DNA of 64,000 nucleotides from Tubulanus polymorphus. Taxonomy: Eukaryota > Animalia > Nemertea. Both the position numbers and the translations under genes were made by a program. Below the pieces are notes generated by a model. The model saw only the letters and a program-made list of their open reading frames with translations, did not search any database and was not told where the DNA came from. Position 1 is the stretch's first letter; every line of letters begins with the position of its first letter. The stretch covers positions 581,950 to 645,949 of the forward strand of contig NC_134026.1 of NCBI RefSeq assembly GCF_964204645.1, written 5' to 3'. Shown here one piece after another: positions 40,845 through 54,886 of this stretch.

Positions 40845-43062
40845 AAGTTTTATAAATTTTAAAGGTTAAATTATCAATATATATGTTATTATGATAGTAT
40901 GGATTTCTATACCATTGACAAAGAAATTCTGTGATTGTGTGCATGGACCCGACTTGAATATTTTGGAAAAATGTCAATGTTTTCGGATAGTCCTGAAGAT
41001 CCTGTAAAAAATATTTTGGATATGTGGAAATTGGTTCATGCATCGGGTCACTGAAACCCATCATCCTCTATAGCTTAATAATTGGCGGTAAACTGATGTG
41101 ATTGATTACTGTCATTTATTTTGATTTCAGACATGGGCATGATGTGGTAAACAAAGACCTTTGGAGCCTCGTATCAACCTTAAAAAGTTGTGACTGTCTC
41201 AATTTTGTCAGTTGATGGTTCAGAATCACAGATTTATACTATTCTGGCTTAGGATTAAGCATTTTTGAGCCAAAATGGGCATTTTCTGTTTTGGCGACAT
41301 ATTCGCCTCTCAGGGAACTGCCACCTATACATGTATGTTGTGCAAGGATCGTGCACTTAATTTTTATTTCCAGCCCAAAATGGATATTTTTTTCTTTTCA
41401 TAATTTTGGTGACGTAACTTCTCAGGGAACTGTGAGAATACATGTATTATGTAATGCTCTTGAATTCTAATACTGAGATTAGTGTATCATAACCTTGGAT
41501 GTGAAATTCTGTATTGTGAAGTGTAGTGTTACCATTGGTTTAATATCCGTGATGAACAGTGTGAGGAATCTTATTAATTGTATACTATTTGATATCTCTT
41601 TTATATTCTGCATTTGAGCATATGGTAGGGGAAGATGAGTAGAATCGAAAAAGGGTGATACTTACTCATGACCAAGGATTCAACTGTTGCCTGCCGGAAG
41701 TGGGATCTGCTAATTGGGTAAATTTAAAGTTCTTGGTTAAAGTATTATACGTACTCTTAACATCTATCAAAACAAGTGACAAATTTAAACAGTTTTAGCC
41801 TATGCATTTTTCTTGAACTGTGAAATTGTAGATGATAATACGTTCTGGCAGGAAACAGTTGAAATTTAAATAATTGATAATTTTGCATTTAACCAATTAG
41901 AATACAATAAGATTTGTTGAATTTATATTTTAATTTTATAAAAGTAATTTTATGATGCCCCAATGGGGATTCATTTTAATAGATGATCAATAAAGTTTCA
42001 TACGGTAGTTATATTAACTCTAATTTTCTGACAAAGAAATTTTTCATTCTGCTGACACAATGCAGGAAGTTGTGTCAACCAAAATCGGTTAAAATGAGAA
42101 ATAATTAACTCCTTGCATTGTGTTTCGGCCCTATTATGATAGAGACATCCAAAAATTAGAATTAAGAAATTAAATTTGAAATCAACTTTGCCAGAAGCTC
42201 TGTAACTTTCTAGAGATTGAAAACTATTGTAGTATAATTTAAATCATTTCATGTCTCCATCATAGAAAGGTGGTTAGGGTGCTTCATCGAGCCGTGGGCC
42301 AGCTGTACATGCATTAGTATACGCATCTATTATAGTGAAGAGGTAACTATAACTAAAATATCATCAAGACAACAATATTCTTTGAATTTTATTATCTATC
42401 TAATGGATATACAGCATCATCATCAGAGCAGAATAACTCGATGATTATAGCACAACGAAGGTTAGTTTGATGAATGAGATATTATTCTAGTAGCTTTCAT
42501 CAACTGGTTGTCCAAGCATCTAGCAAGAACAACAAGCCTCTAGGATATATATCTTCGTAATGTAGCCTTGTGTTTATCATTTGCCAGAAATAATTCATGA
42601 ACATTTTGGGGCAATTGTGATAAACACCCACTGAAATGAAGAAATGATATGTATTAATTGGCCAGACTAGAGCCCCTAGGCTACATCACTGCAAAAATGG
42701 ATGGATGTTAGTGTTATTAGTAGCATGCTGAAAAGGTAGGGTTTTGTTTGTTATCTGCTGGAACTGCTGGCATGAAGAATCTAATCAGCTAAGATGCGGC
42801 TATGTGCCCCTGCCTCGGGGTCATAGAAGATGATGTCGAATACCTGTAGAGTATGCCTCTTTAACTGTTCTACTAGGCCTGCTATGATCGCATGACTGTC
42901 GAATGGCCTACACAGGTGATTATGATGTTGAGTCGAACCATGAGCGAATGGCATGTGTAAGTTATATGGCAAGGAATCTTACACTGGTAGAATACCTGAC
43001 TATTTAAAATCACACTCTGGTGAAGGATTGTCGAATGCCTGACGTATGAAAATTATTTATAA

Positions 43063-43109
43063 TCGAATGCCTATATAGGGGGGGTACAGGGATTTCATTG
43101 ACGGGTGCA
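43063..43109 (-). repeat. Right terminal inverted repeat
   Basis: TCGAATGCCTATATAGGGGGGGTACAGGGATTTCATTGACGGGTGCA followed by TAA. Confidence 0.97.
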
Positions 43110-45029
43110 TAAAGACAAAGCGGGCGAACAATCGGTACCATATCGCTTTATGTTTGGCCAAACAATATGCCGTATAGGTCCCCTATCTGAGATTTTAGTC
43201 GGAAAATCTTTATGAACCCCTCCTGGAAAAAATCCTGGATTTAAGTAACGTTCCATTGCACCAACAATACCTTAGATCTATTTGTATAAGCCTATTCGAT
43301 AATACAGGCGGGATCTACATATATCTAAACCATTTTGGAAATTTGGGGTTTTTAATACATAATGAAACACCCAACGCGATAAAATCCCACAAAACAATTT
43401 TCCTTGATTATTTCGACTTTATCCTTAAAATCATCTTCAGATAATAATTTTGCTGTAACTTCTGGCTTCACGTCGGATGGTGGAATGTTATTGAATATTG
43501 ATACTAAAAGGCACGGTTTACAATAAAGTCTCAATAACGAATGCATAGAAAAATTCACACAAAAAGATAATCCTCGCCTGCCAGGGAATACTCCACTCGA
43601 CAATCAAGCCAAAGAAGACGAACAACTTATTTTTGCATAAATTTATTCTTGTCGTCATCTCTTACAGATATTCAAGGATGAACATATTCTATAAATGCAT
43701 CTGAATTTCAATAACATATTTCAAGTTCTATAAAACAATTGTTATCAATCTTATATATACATATATAATATAATATAAACTAATCAAACTATTCCAAGCG
43801 TATGGAATGTAAAAATATACAACTTTGAATATTTGACGATCTCTAACTATTACTACTAGTTTCATGCTGTCATTTCTCAGAAGATACTTCCATAATTCGA
43901 ACGCTAAACGATATTTTCAATCTAATAATTCATTTACACATTTATCATTCACATGCGCATTTAAAATAATTCCATTCAAAACAATTAACATAAAACACGT
44001 GGACTTAGCCGTTTGAATACGGGCACCAGTTTGACAGTTCTGAGTTAAATAAGTTTCTACGGTTCTTTTACAAATATTTGAATCAGGACTATAGAACTGG
44101 GTCCAGTTACAAAATAGAATATTCGTCTCAATTTTCTATACAACACAGAGTATTGAAATCTTTAGCAACTGAAGCACGACTAGGAAAAATAATGAATCGA
44201 AATTATAAGAGTTCTAAATTTTTTAATTCATTCATCTATGGCACTTTTTATCAGCTTGGAATACACAAAGAATTTGGAAAGAAATTCACTTTTTTATCAT
44301 AAAAATGTCACCGCGAAAGCAACAAAACTCAAAACGTACAACAGTTTTCATTTTTTCAATAATGAATGAATAATCATTGTGAAAATATTCGACAATATTC
44401 ATTAAATTTGACAGCTACAAACATTAAGAGTCAGCTTGCCACAAAGGAAAAATATCAAAACGAACACATTTACATTTACATGCAAAAACAGAGACAAAAT
44501 ATTCAAATGAACATCATTCATTTGCACATAAAGAATAAAATAAAAGACAAGATTATTCTTTTAACTAAAAAGGCTAATCATACGAAATTCTTGATTTAAC
44601 TTCAAAATGCTTTCAATTCATACAGTCATTTTAGTTTAGAAAATAACATTTCCCATAGTATTTTGTCAAAACATTAACACTATTGAGTTAAGTCTCAGTT
44701 CAGGGACCAGTAGCACAAAAAAGAAAACCTCAAAATTTCGGTTTAATTGCTATTGGTTATTACTTCAGAACAGCAATTCTAGGACCAGGGCTTGGTTGTG
44801 TCCAGAAAAGTCATAATTTTGCTTTGCGAAACTGGCCCCATGAATGTAAACTGCTATGTAAAACGTTCAAATACAAAATACATATTGATAATAATTAAAC
44901 AAGAATTGATTGCGAGACACCGTTAGAGGTGGAAGCTCTTACGATATTATAAAATCACTTGTGAATCATCAATAGATTAAGAGTATCACTGCATTATGTG
45001 TCATGGATGATGAATATTATTCTATTTGT

Positions 45030-48000
45030 TCATTGTTTAGGGAACAGGTTAGTTGCCGCAGTCTGTTTCGGTAGGGAAGTACTATGAAACGGTATGTGGA
45101 ATCTCTCCGGTGGTACGAATCCCATATATGGAAACATCGTGTACATCGAATGATGTTGCTGTATCGAAACGTTGTTGTTGTGGTTGTTGTTATTGTTGTG
45201 GTTGTTGTTATGGTTACCGGTCTGCGATGAAACAAATGCTTGTGGAAATGCTGGATGAAGGGTGACCGGAAAATGTGTCGGAGCGATCTGAAAATAGAAA
45301 TCAATTCATATTACCGGATCGTGCAGTGTTGAGGGGCGACTAGAGCGTTACACTCCGAGTAGCTAGCAGTGTGGGTGATCCACGTTGGGATGTAGTTTCC
45401 TCAACTTATCCTCAACTTAAGATATGATATTTATTCTCATTGCCCCTCTCCACCAAACGCTGTTAGAAGTTTGGATATTTTACTTCTCTTCAGGTAGAGA
45501 TGACTGTTACGCAGAGATCTGATACGGATGTTTGAGTATCACGATTATCTTAACTAAAAAATAAAACAAGCAAGAATCAATTCCATCTTAATTCAATTAT
45601 CATTTTGATAACTTACCATTTGATGTTGAAGATGATGTGAGACTATCTGATTTCTAGTTTGACTAGGTTTTGGATAAGAGCACATAACGCTAGAATCCAT
45701 CCTCGATACGCCGCGACCGTTCTCTAAACTACCATTTGTAAACTCGTTCGCGTTCGATTTTAAACTCAAGTTCAACGGCTGATCTCGAACGCCGTCGACA
45801 ACCGCAGAATTCCTCGATCGTTTCGCATCCATTTCGCGATGAAACATTTCTCGTTGTTGCATAGGGTTAATATTTACAACGCCATTGTTAAACGGATTTT
45901 GTCGTTTACGCGATTCGACGATCGACGACGGTAGATTCGAATGAGCTGGAGGAGCAGATGGCACCTGCGTCGTCTGCACCTGCGTCGTCTGCACCTGCAT
46001 CGGCGTTATCGCTTTCAGCGGACTCAGTATTTTTTGTTCCTGTGAATGACAGATGACCGTTGGACGGGCGACAGCAGCGGTCGGTTGCTCGATGTTATTA
46101 TTCAGAACGGACGTCGGGTAAAAGTTAATCGTCGGTAAACCTAACGGAATATAACATCGAGACGTCGATGAGTCCAGAGTTTGTAACGATGGACTGAGAA
46201 TCGCCCGTGATTTAGGTTTACTAATTACAGTCACTTCGCCGCTGGATATCGGTAAACTTGGTAACAATTTATCAGCCATCGGAACAAGACACGGATTTAA
46301 AGTTTGCTGCTGCTGCGATTGCTGCTGAACTTGTAACAGTCCTGACGATGTTGCCAGGTTACTGCTAACACTGACTTGGTCCTGAAATTGAAAATAGAAA
46401 CATCTATAAGGCATCAGACCACAATTAGGTTAGTAGCTCGAAGATGCGTGGGGCCGGACCCCAAAAATAGTACCTAGAGTGAAGAAGAGGACCCCCATAA
46501 ATGTTGCCATAATTTCTGCAAATGGGATAGGTAACGAATTTTGGTTATATGTATGAAATCCATTGATCCTGAGAGACAGATTGATGATGAAATAAGGGAT
46601 TCCCTGGACTTTTTTTCCTTGGAGTAAGGGTACCAAACACGGTTGGGGATTCCCTTAGATATTGGACTCGGATGTACTGGCATACCTGTACTGGGATACC
46701 CCTCCTTTCTAAAGGTTTGATTATTTCAAAAGTTAGGTTGGGTATGTGGGGCGAAAACCACTTCAATGCGTAGCTAAGATGCTGGCCTATGAGCCATAAG
46801 CAGGATTTCCCCTGAATTTACGCGCTTATATATGAACTAAACTCTCGAATTTCTTGTTTTTACTATAGGATATAGAAGATTTTGGAATAGTGGTCTGAGC
46901 TCATAATTATTCATCATAAGTTTTTATTCCTGTATTTAGGTCTTGCAGCTATGTACTTATTCAATTCGAGACAATGCCATATTGGTTGGCAAACACAATC
47001 ACTGAGATATACACGACAGACCTCGAAGTTTGTAAATCCCCTGATTATTTTCTGTCATTATGTAAAGGAAGAGTCTCCACTACAGATGGGCAAACAAAGA
47101 CAGATATACATTACTTAAAACTTACATGATTTGCCAAATGCTGCTGATTCAGATTTACTATTGGTTTATTTATGATACTGTTTGTAAGTTTAGCTGCCTC
47201 TTGTTCTCGTGATAATTCCGCTATAGTTTTATTCTGAAATTCAAGAAAACCTCAAATTAATGTTCACCATGAACTCAACAACCGCGAACAAAGTCTCTTT
47301 TAATTACACTACTTATTGACCACGAAAACATCAAACCAAATATTGCTGACTCAAGATTATTTCAAGATTTTTCATTTACCTTTTTCTTAACTTTCACAGG
47401 AGACACGATAATTTCACTAATGTGATTTTCACTATTGTTGTTAATGCGTTGTTTCAGTTGTTTAATTTTATCGGCCAATAATTCCTTGGTTTGTTGACCG
47501 TTTGTTCTAGGACTATGCGATTGTTGACTTCTCACGTATTTCTCGTATGGCAATAGAAACCTGTAACAAAAGATAGTATTCAATATTGAGTTAATGTGAT
47601 AAACTAGCCAAATTTCTTGCTACCGACATCGCTTATCATTAGCTAAATAATTTTCCTGCGATTGAATTCTGAAAACCAAACTGATACTTTTAGGTGAATT
47701 TGGTGCAAAGACTTGATTCCGCATTTATTTGGTGGTGGTAACAAACTGAAAGAATTCAGCAATCAACGATTAAACATTTGGTGATAATATCAATCATTTT
47801 ATCTAACATTGCATCCCTTGGCACGCTATACAAAATTTGGAAAAAATCGATTAGCCGATGAAATTCGTTCAGTCTGTCAAAGGTTTAGCTTTTTCTCATA
47901 TTAAATATAGAGCTCACTTTTCATAATTTCTCCGAGTACACGTAGCTGCGCTTGTACTACCCGGATTTCCACCTAGAAGATCGTACAAATGTTTCCACAG

Positions 48001-51000
48001 ACGTTTTTCCGTAATCTGTCGAAAAAGCAATAAAATCATAATGTATAAAGAATGGAAAAAAAAAACCATTTTGTGCGGCAATAAACTCGATGAATTATTA
48101 GTGGATTAGTTTTACCTTCTCATAACCACCAAGTTTCTGAGCGTAAGTGTAAAACAAGTGCAGATCAACTAGAAATAAAGAGATAGTGTTTTTATTTGCA
48201 ATTCCAAACATTAAGAAAGTGTGTTAACAACAGAGGAACAAGTTCTACAGTCTATATACATGTATCATATATATTCTTAGATTGGTTTATTTCAATTGAC
48301 CGTCCGTGGAATCAGCACCAATGTTTCGAAAGACAAAAACAAAACAATTCAAATCATTCAGTGCTCAGAAAACTCCTCATATTCATACATACTCGTTTTA
48401 AATCCTAATTTTGGAACGCGCGAGATCGGAGTTCCTCGTTTTCTCATCAGCGAGTGCAGCTTCGTCAGAAACAGTTTTTCATCAATCGGAGATTTCAGTT
48501 GTATTCTCCTCGGTGAACATTTCGTCGATAAATCAGTCTATAAAAAACAGAACGTTAACCAGAGTCAAATTTTCCATTTTCCGACGAGAACAGAAGAAAT
48601 CGACCGAAAACTAATTTTATACCTTTTTATTTGAGATGACTATTTCTGGCGGTGTTTTAGTGCTGTCCGATTCCGAATCATAATCCCCGCATGATTTCTT
48701 TTTTCGACGTCTTCCTTTCAATTTAGGAGCTAAAAACACGAGAAAAAAAAAACAATTCAGATGCTGACATTTACCTTTAATACCTATGATATGCAATAGA
48801 TGGAGTTAAGCACAGCAGACGAGTATTGATTTTCCCCAGTTTATCGCTTATCACTACTTCAACATTACTCATGTTGAATGATATCATAAAAAGCTACCAT
48901 TTGTACACAAACAACTGATAACGCTAGACATAAATAGATTTCAATTCGATTCATACATTCAGCATTTCTCGATTGATAAATCTACCAGCTTATCAGTAAT
49001 CTTATTTTTTGCAACAAAAAAAAAAATATGAAGAAAATTCCACGAAACGAAACGAAAGTAATTGAAGCAAATCTTCTTCCCGACGAGTTTAATCATAATT
49101 ACTGGCCTCTAAAATCTTATCAAATGTTAGAAGGTATTTTTCAAGGCGTCTTTTAAAGCATAGGAGAAAATTCTTAAATAGTCAGTTCAGCATAGTAATG
49201 AGAAACTAACAATTATTTGTATTGGCCGTAAAACGGTTGAAATATTATGGCACACACATGTGCTGCATTCAGTCGAGTCGATGTATTATGTGTATATGCT
49301 AATGTATATATTTATATACATGAAAAGGTTACAATCAAATAGAAATAAGAACTGATGATGAATTTGAATAACAATAATACCGACTAGAGACACGGCGAGG
49401 AGATAGAACAGAACGAGGCATTAAAAATCCGATAAAATTCTGATCACAAAGCAACTGACTAGTTATTGAATATGCTTATAGCCAGCAGTTAACTACATAA
49501 TAATAATAATTAAAGCCTTCGGCCATTGCCTGCATGAGACTAATCATAATAATTGTAGTTCATTGTTCAAGTTACGTAGAAACTTTTATGACAAATTGAA
49601 CATATATAAATACCGCGTAATCATTGAATAGATCTACCTCGATTTATGGACTATTCAACATGATACAAGCAATAAAAATAGTACATAAATCAAGACTGTT
49701 GTCTTCATGCAGTAAATTCCAAAGGAGTTTTTAAAATGATAACTTGATCAATAAACGCAGGCCCCAGCCCGATGTGTACTAATGGTTATGACGCTACAGG
49801 GCGGAGCCACTTTCCACCCATTTTATAAATCCTCTGAGTATTCCCTGATTTTTCCATGTGATTACACAAAATTCCCCGAGTGAATCAAGAGAAATTTCTT
49901 GATTTAGAATGTTACAATTTATTCAGTTTCTATGAACGATGTAACATATCCAAATTGCCTGAGTTTTCCAGGTTTTTGTTAAAATTTGTCAAATTCCCTG
50001 ATTTTTAACAGGATTTTTTTCTGATATCCAGGGTTTTCCAGGTCAGTGGCCACCCCCCCCCCCCCCCCGTGATATCAATCTTCAATCGCTTTCGTTTTCG
50101 TCGCTTAATGAAAAATTTAGGTCAACGATCAAATACGAACCTAAATGATCTAATCTTTGTTCTAAATTATCGAGTTCGGCTGATTCGAAAACATCTCGAC
50201 AGAACACAACGAACGACGGTCTGCGGATATTGATTCCGCCGAGAGCAGAAATCAATGTATTTTTCAACCATGCGTCGGTCATACTGTCTAAACGTTTTAT
50301 TACTGTACAATATCGGCAATATTGTGAATAACTGAGTATCGTTACGTGAGCACCGTTATGATTATCACAGAAACCTACAACAAAAATAATATCATAGCTT
50401 TTTTATTACGGTTCTTTTCGCTAGAGTCTATATTTTATTGCCTGTAACCTGATTTTTTTCTGGGGGGGGGGGGGGGGGCGGAATGTAATTTAATTTTTTG
50501 CTAAGATACCCAGTAGAATTGTGCAGTGTGAATGAATCATTGTTTTTATATCCATTTCATACTGTATTGAAGGGTTGCCAAAAATTTTTTATTCACCACA
50601 GTTGAATCGTCCCGGAGAAGAGACTCCATTTTTTGAATGTTTAACATTATGTTTTCAAGCTTCAATCCAAACTTCGATGATTTGAAAATATCTCAGTTTG
50701 TAAAGCAGAGAAAGCTCATTGTTAAACTCGATTTATCTAAAAAAAATTGAGAAATTTTTTTCCATTCCAATTGAGTAAAAGAAACTTTTAGGCAATCCTT
50801 CAATACAGTGTAACATATGATTCATACTGGTCATTCTAACAACTATTTGAAGAGTTTTCATGTACACAAAAATCAAGCCAAATATCCTCAAAACAGGCTG
50901 CAGGCAATATAATATCTCTATAGGAATAATAATCAATTCTTTGACCTGGATTTTGATCTAATCTTGACATTATTTATTAGTCTACAGTCAAATTGTACTT

Positions 51001-51218
51001 TAATGTAGGTCGTGATTTTTAATACTCATTTCTCATAAAAAACGATTGGATTTCATTTGGTCCCGAAAGATTCAGATTTAACGAGCTATTACGTTATTAC
51101 ATTGGTTAATTAAAGTTTATCTTATTAATTAGATTAATCCAATTAAGACAAATGGAATATGATTTAGTGAATTTATCAGTTATGCACTCGTATGTGGTAG
51201 TGTATGAGAGAGACAGAG

Positions 51219-51252
<34 letters not shown>

Positions 51253-53379
51253 TCTCTATGCATAAATAATACATCACAAAGTGAATCAATAGAAATGATT
51301 AATTAATGATATAAAATCAATAATTTCAGGTTCCATTATTAAGAATTCGACGACAATAGAAGAAAACATGAATCTGATATTTCGAGCCCGAAATACGAGA
51401 CATCTCTGTATTACAGTATATCAGTGCTTGTTTTCCATTCAATAACAATTGCTGACATTTTCAGAATATGATTGTGTATCAGATGATGAAAGCGCTGCCT
51501 CTCTCTCTCTCTCTCTCTCTTCTCACTTCAATCATTAACATAATATATGTTGAATAAATGAAAAGTAGAAAAACTCTTCTTACTGTTCTGTTCGATTTGG
51601 TCAGATTTACTGACGGAGGAAAAGTCGGGATTGTTCGCTATGAACTTATTTTCAATGGATGAGTAATTTAGCGATGGCGGCGACGGTGTCGCTGCTTTCA
51701 AGCCGTAGTCCCACGACGATGGAAATTCTACGACCCACTGTAGTAAATCTAGCAGATTGAGCACCATTTTCTCTGATAAAGCGAGCACTTCATCCTGTAA
51801 TATACAACCGAAACCCATTCATCATATAATTGAGGCCAAACAAAAATAGAGATTGAGTAGTTGAAACCATGCGATCTGTTACAACTCTGTACACAATCTT
51901 AATTTTAGTCATGACTCTTCAACAGACAGTTTTTTGGCACAATACCATTAAACAGACAGTGACTATTTCCTGTTTCTATTGAATATGAAAATGTTTAGTT
52001 TTTACATAAGTCACATGTTTAAGTCATAGATAATGCGCTGTTCACTGCCTGACAAGGAAAACATTCATACAAAAATAGCCTAGCTATTTATAGGCTTCGA
52101 GTTATCCACCGATGAAATGGGCGAGGTTTTAAAAATATCTTTCAAACTATTTTGCATCTAATGATTTTCAATCATTAAAATTTGAGACAAAATTAATTTC
52201 ACCTAAAAACTAGAAGAAATTAACATCAAAATATCAAATGATTTGAAAAAACTTCTTTCGATCAAATTTTCTTAAAGAAATAAAATTTATTACAACCCCC
52301 CCCCCCAACAAAAATCCAAAAAATATTTTCATGCACATGTTTTCCCCAATGAAAATGAATTGCGAATGGTTTTGGCAGTACAATAATTATGGAGTAAAAA
52401 CATATAATTGACCTGTAATTCATGAATGTAGTTAAAGATATTGAGGTCACGTGTTGATCCTATGATATATTACTGACATAGGTTTAGCACTGAGATAAAA
52501 ATAAAACATTTTCTTTTCTATTTAGAACTACTAGGATACAGAGCAATAATGAAAGAACTTGATTTTTTTTCACAAGCATTCTTTCACTTCGAAAGGTAAA
52601 AAGACCCTCTATCAGTTGTTAGTAAATCAAATGCATTTCTTCAAGAAATCTAGAATTTAGCAGAAATTGAAACTAGGTCAAAATGACATCATATGACAAA
52701 AATAAATTCAAAATCAGCGCCTACCTTTCCATGTTCAGCCATTCTACCATCCGGCGTATTTTCAGGAATGAAATAAAGCCTTACGCTGCAAAGACTCGCG
52801 CCGACCACATTTTTATCAGTCCATATTAACTGCAACTCTCCGAGGCAGGCCGGTATATTTTTTGACAGTTTCATGAAGAAGAACTCGCCCAGCGATATCA
52901 CTTGAGGTGTTCTTTCCGGTTTTGAAAGTTTCACTGATTTATAAAATGTATAAGGTCCATGCTCCCCAATGGTGGGTCCAACAATCTAAAAGAAAAAATT
53001 TCAAACATTTGAATCAGTTCAGTTAATCAAACATTTAATTTAATCAGGCTAATTCATTGAATCTGCAAAATTATCAGATCTAAACACCTTAGAGGTCTAT
53101 AACTATCACGGACAATATGCGTAAGCTTATAAGACTTCTATGGCAATTTTATCAATCTATTAATTTCATTTTTTGGGAGCGAGATTACGGGATTCGAACC
53201 CGTTTACTGCCAAGATAAACAGATGAGTCGGAAACAATATTTGGGTCAGCGAAATAGCGCTATAAAATACCTCATAAAAAATGAACGAGACGGCGAAATT
53301 TAAGGCATTCATAAATGAAATGAGCACAAATAGTTCATAGAAATATTGCAGACATTACCTGAATTTTGGAGCCCTCCAT
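45030..53379 (-). CDS. ARID5B: ARID5-family AT-rich interactive domain transcription factor (ARID5B-like, with N-terminal BAH-like region)
   Basis: MEGSKIQ|IVGPTIGEHGPYTFYK..SLGEFFF..ELQLIW..LYFIPENTPDGR..HGK|DEVLALSEK matches the ARID5B N-terminus as I recall it. Also APKLKGRRRKKK and the ARID domain FLTKLHSLMRKRGTPISRVPKLGFK..LGGYEKITEKRLWKHLYDLLGGNPGSTSAATCTRRNYEKFLLPYE. Last exon 45287-45030. Confidence 0.93.
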
Positions 53380-53454
53380 CGGCGTGAAATTTGAATGAAT
53401 TCACCGAACTTGTTGCACGGAATCCTGACAATACTCTACATGGGTTCTTAATTA

Positions 53455-53464
53455 GTGACGTCAC
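53455..53464. promoter_or_regulatory. CRE/ATF palindrome upstream of the ARID5 start codon
   Basis: GTGACGTCAC about 75 bp upstream of the ATG at 53379. Confidence 0.45.
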
Positions 53465-54886
53465 GATGCGAGAAGATTGCACGAAAGTCGATACTAAAAT
53501 GAGAACTGATAAAACAATTAAAAATATTTATTATATTTAAAAAATTAGCGCGTTTAATTAAAATCTTTCTCCGGACATGCAGATCAGCTATGGGTTCTTT
53601 GTATACGGTTTCATTTCTCTAAACAACAACATGAAGAGGGCTATTTTTAGATGACCGGTACGTGCTACCGTAAATCGGAATATGTGTACCGAGTACAGAT
53701 AAGTATAGATGGCGCATTGGTGAACTGGTGGAATCGACCGTTGTGCTGAAGAAATCCTCACTATGAATACCATTCCCCGGACAAAATCCTCAGAATAAGA
53801 ATAAAAAAGAAAAAATCTGTCATTTTTTAATAATGAATGTTATGTTTTTAATCGAAATGTTTCAACACAATAGATAATAGAGATATAACATCAACTGATC
53901 TATACAAATTTACAGGAAAAATTAAAGGATCACAAGTTTAAATTGGAATACATTCTTGGTGGTAACCAGAGATGAAGCTAACCTCTAATCATATCGGGGG
54001 GAATATAAATAGCACAGCCATCGTACTGAATCACACTTATCATGAAAAATCCCTCCTATTCCAAGTTGTCGGGTTAAAATTGACTCTTGAGTCAAAATTA
54101 GCACATTGAATCACGCAGAGTCAAATTAACAACAACTACATTGGATTTGAGAGTCTGAAACTATTCTTAAACATCTGAAAATATCGACCCGTTACAATCG
54201 TTACATCGTCAATCTCCCTAAACACTTCATTCAGCGTGTAGACAAATTTTATTGACAACAACAATTAAAGACCTCAATAACATCGAAAATCCAATAAAAA
54301 TCTTCCAACTCAGAATCATCGAGTATTGATGATAAAATTGAGAAAAAGAACATTTCGAAAAAAGTGATATCAAAACGTTGATGATCGCTTTCTGCAGATT
54401 TATGCGTTTAAAACGTCCCTCGTCAAGATATCGGGATACGTTCTACCGGAGCGTACAAGATGAAATAGATGAATTTGAAAATACAACTCGCCAACTGATT
54501 GCATTTATTTTGGTAACTACTGAAGGGATGTTTCGTGTAAATCACGTAAAACTAGTGGGTATTGGAACTTTTTAACTTCCCAGATATATATGGCCCAGAT
54601 ATCACAAACATTAGACATTTTTTGGTTATTTTTGTTTTTGAACTGCACACGAGTTATTGTTATAGTTCTCACATTAAGATCATTGAAATTAATGCATAGA
54701 TCTTTTTCGATGTGTTGGTACTCATAATGTTTCATTTGTGATCGAGATTCACCGCATTGTCACAACATGAAATGTATACATATTTCAAAAGCAACCGTAA
54801 TCAGTGATGTTTTGTATATTTGTCAGAAAATGACGAAAAGCAGCTATGATTCAAACGGCAGAGCGGGTTCGCTTCAAAAATCTCGC

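Larger units (their letters stand above)
35391..43109 (+). mobile_element. Apparently autonomous Zator-like DNA transposon, 7719 bp
   Basis: Perfect 47-bp TIRs, a TAA duplication on both sides (35388-35390 and 43110-43112), and an intact DDE transposase inside. Confidence 0.9.

Noticed and set aside
53180-53212. tRNA-like T-arm/B-box (GGGTTCGAATCCC on the minus strand)
   Set aside because: I could not build an acceptor stem, D-arm or anticodon arm; at most a SINE relic.
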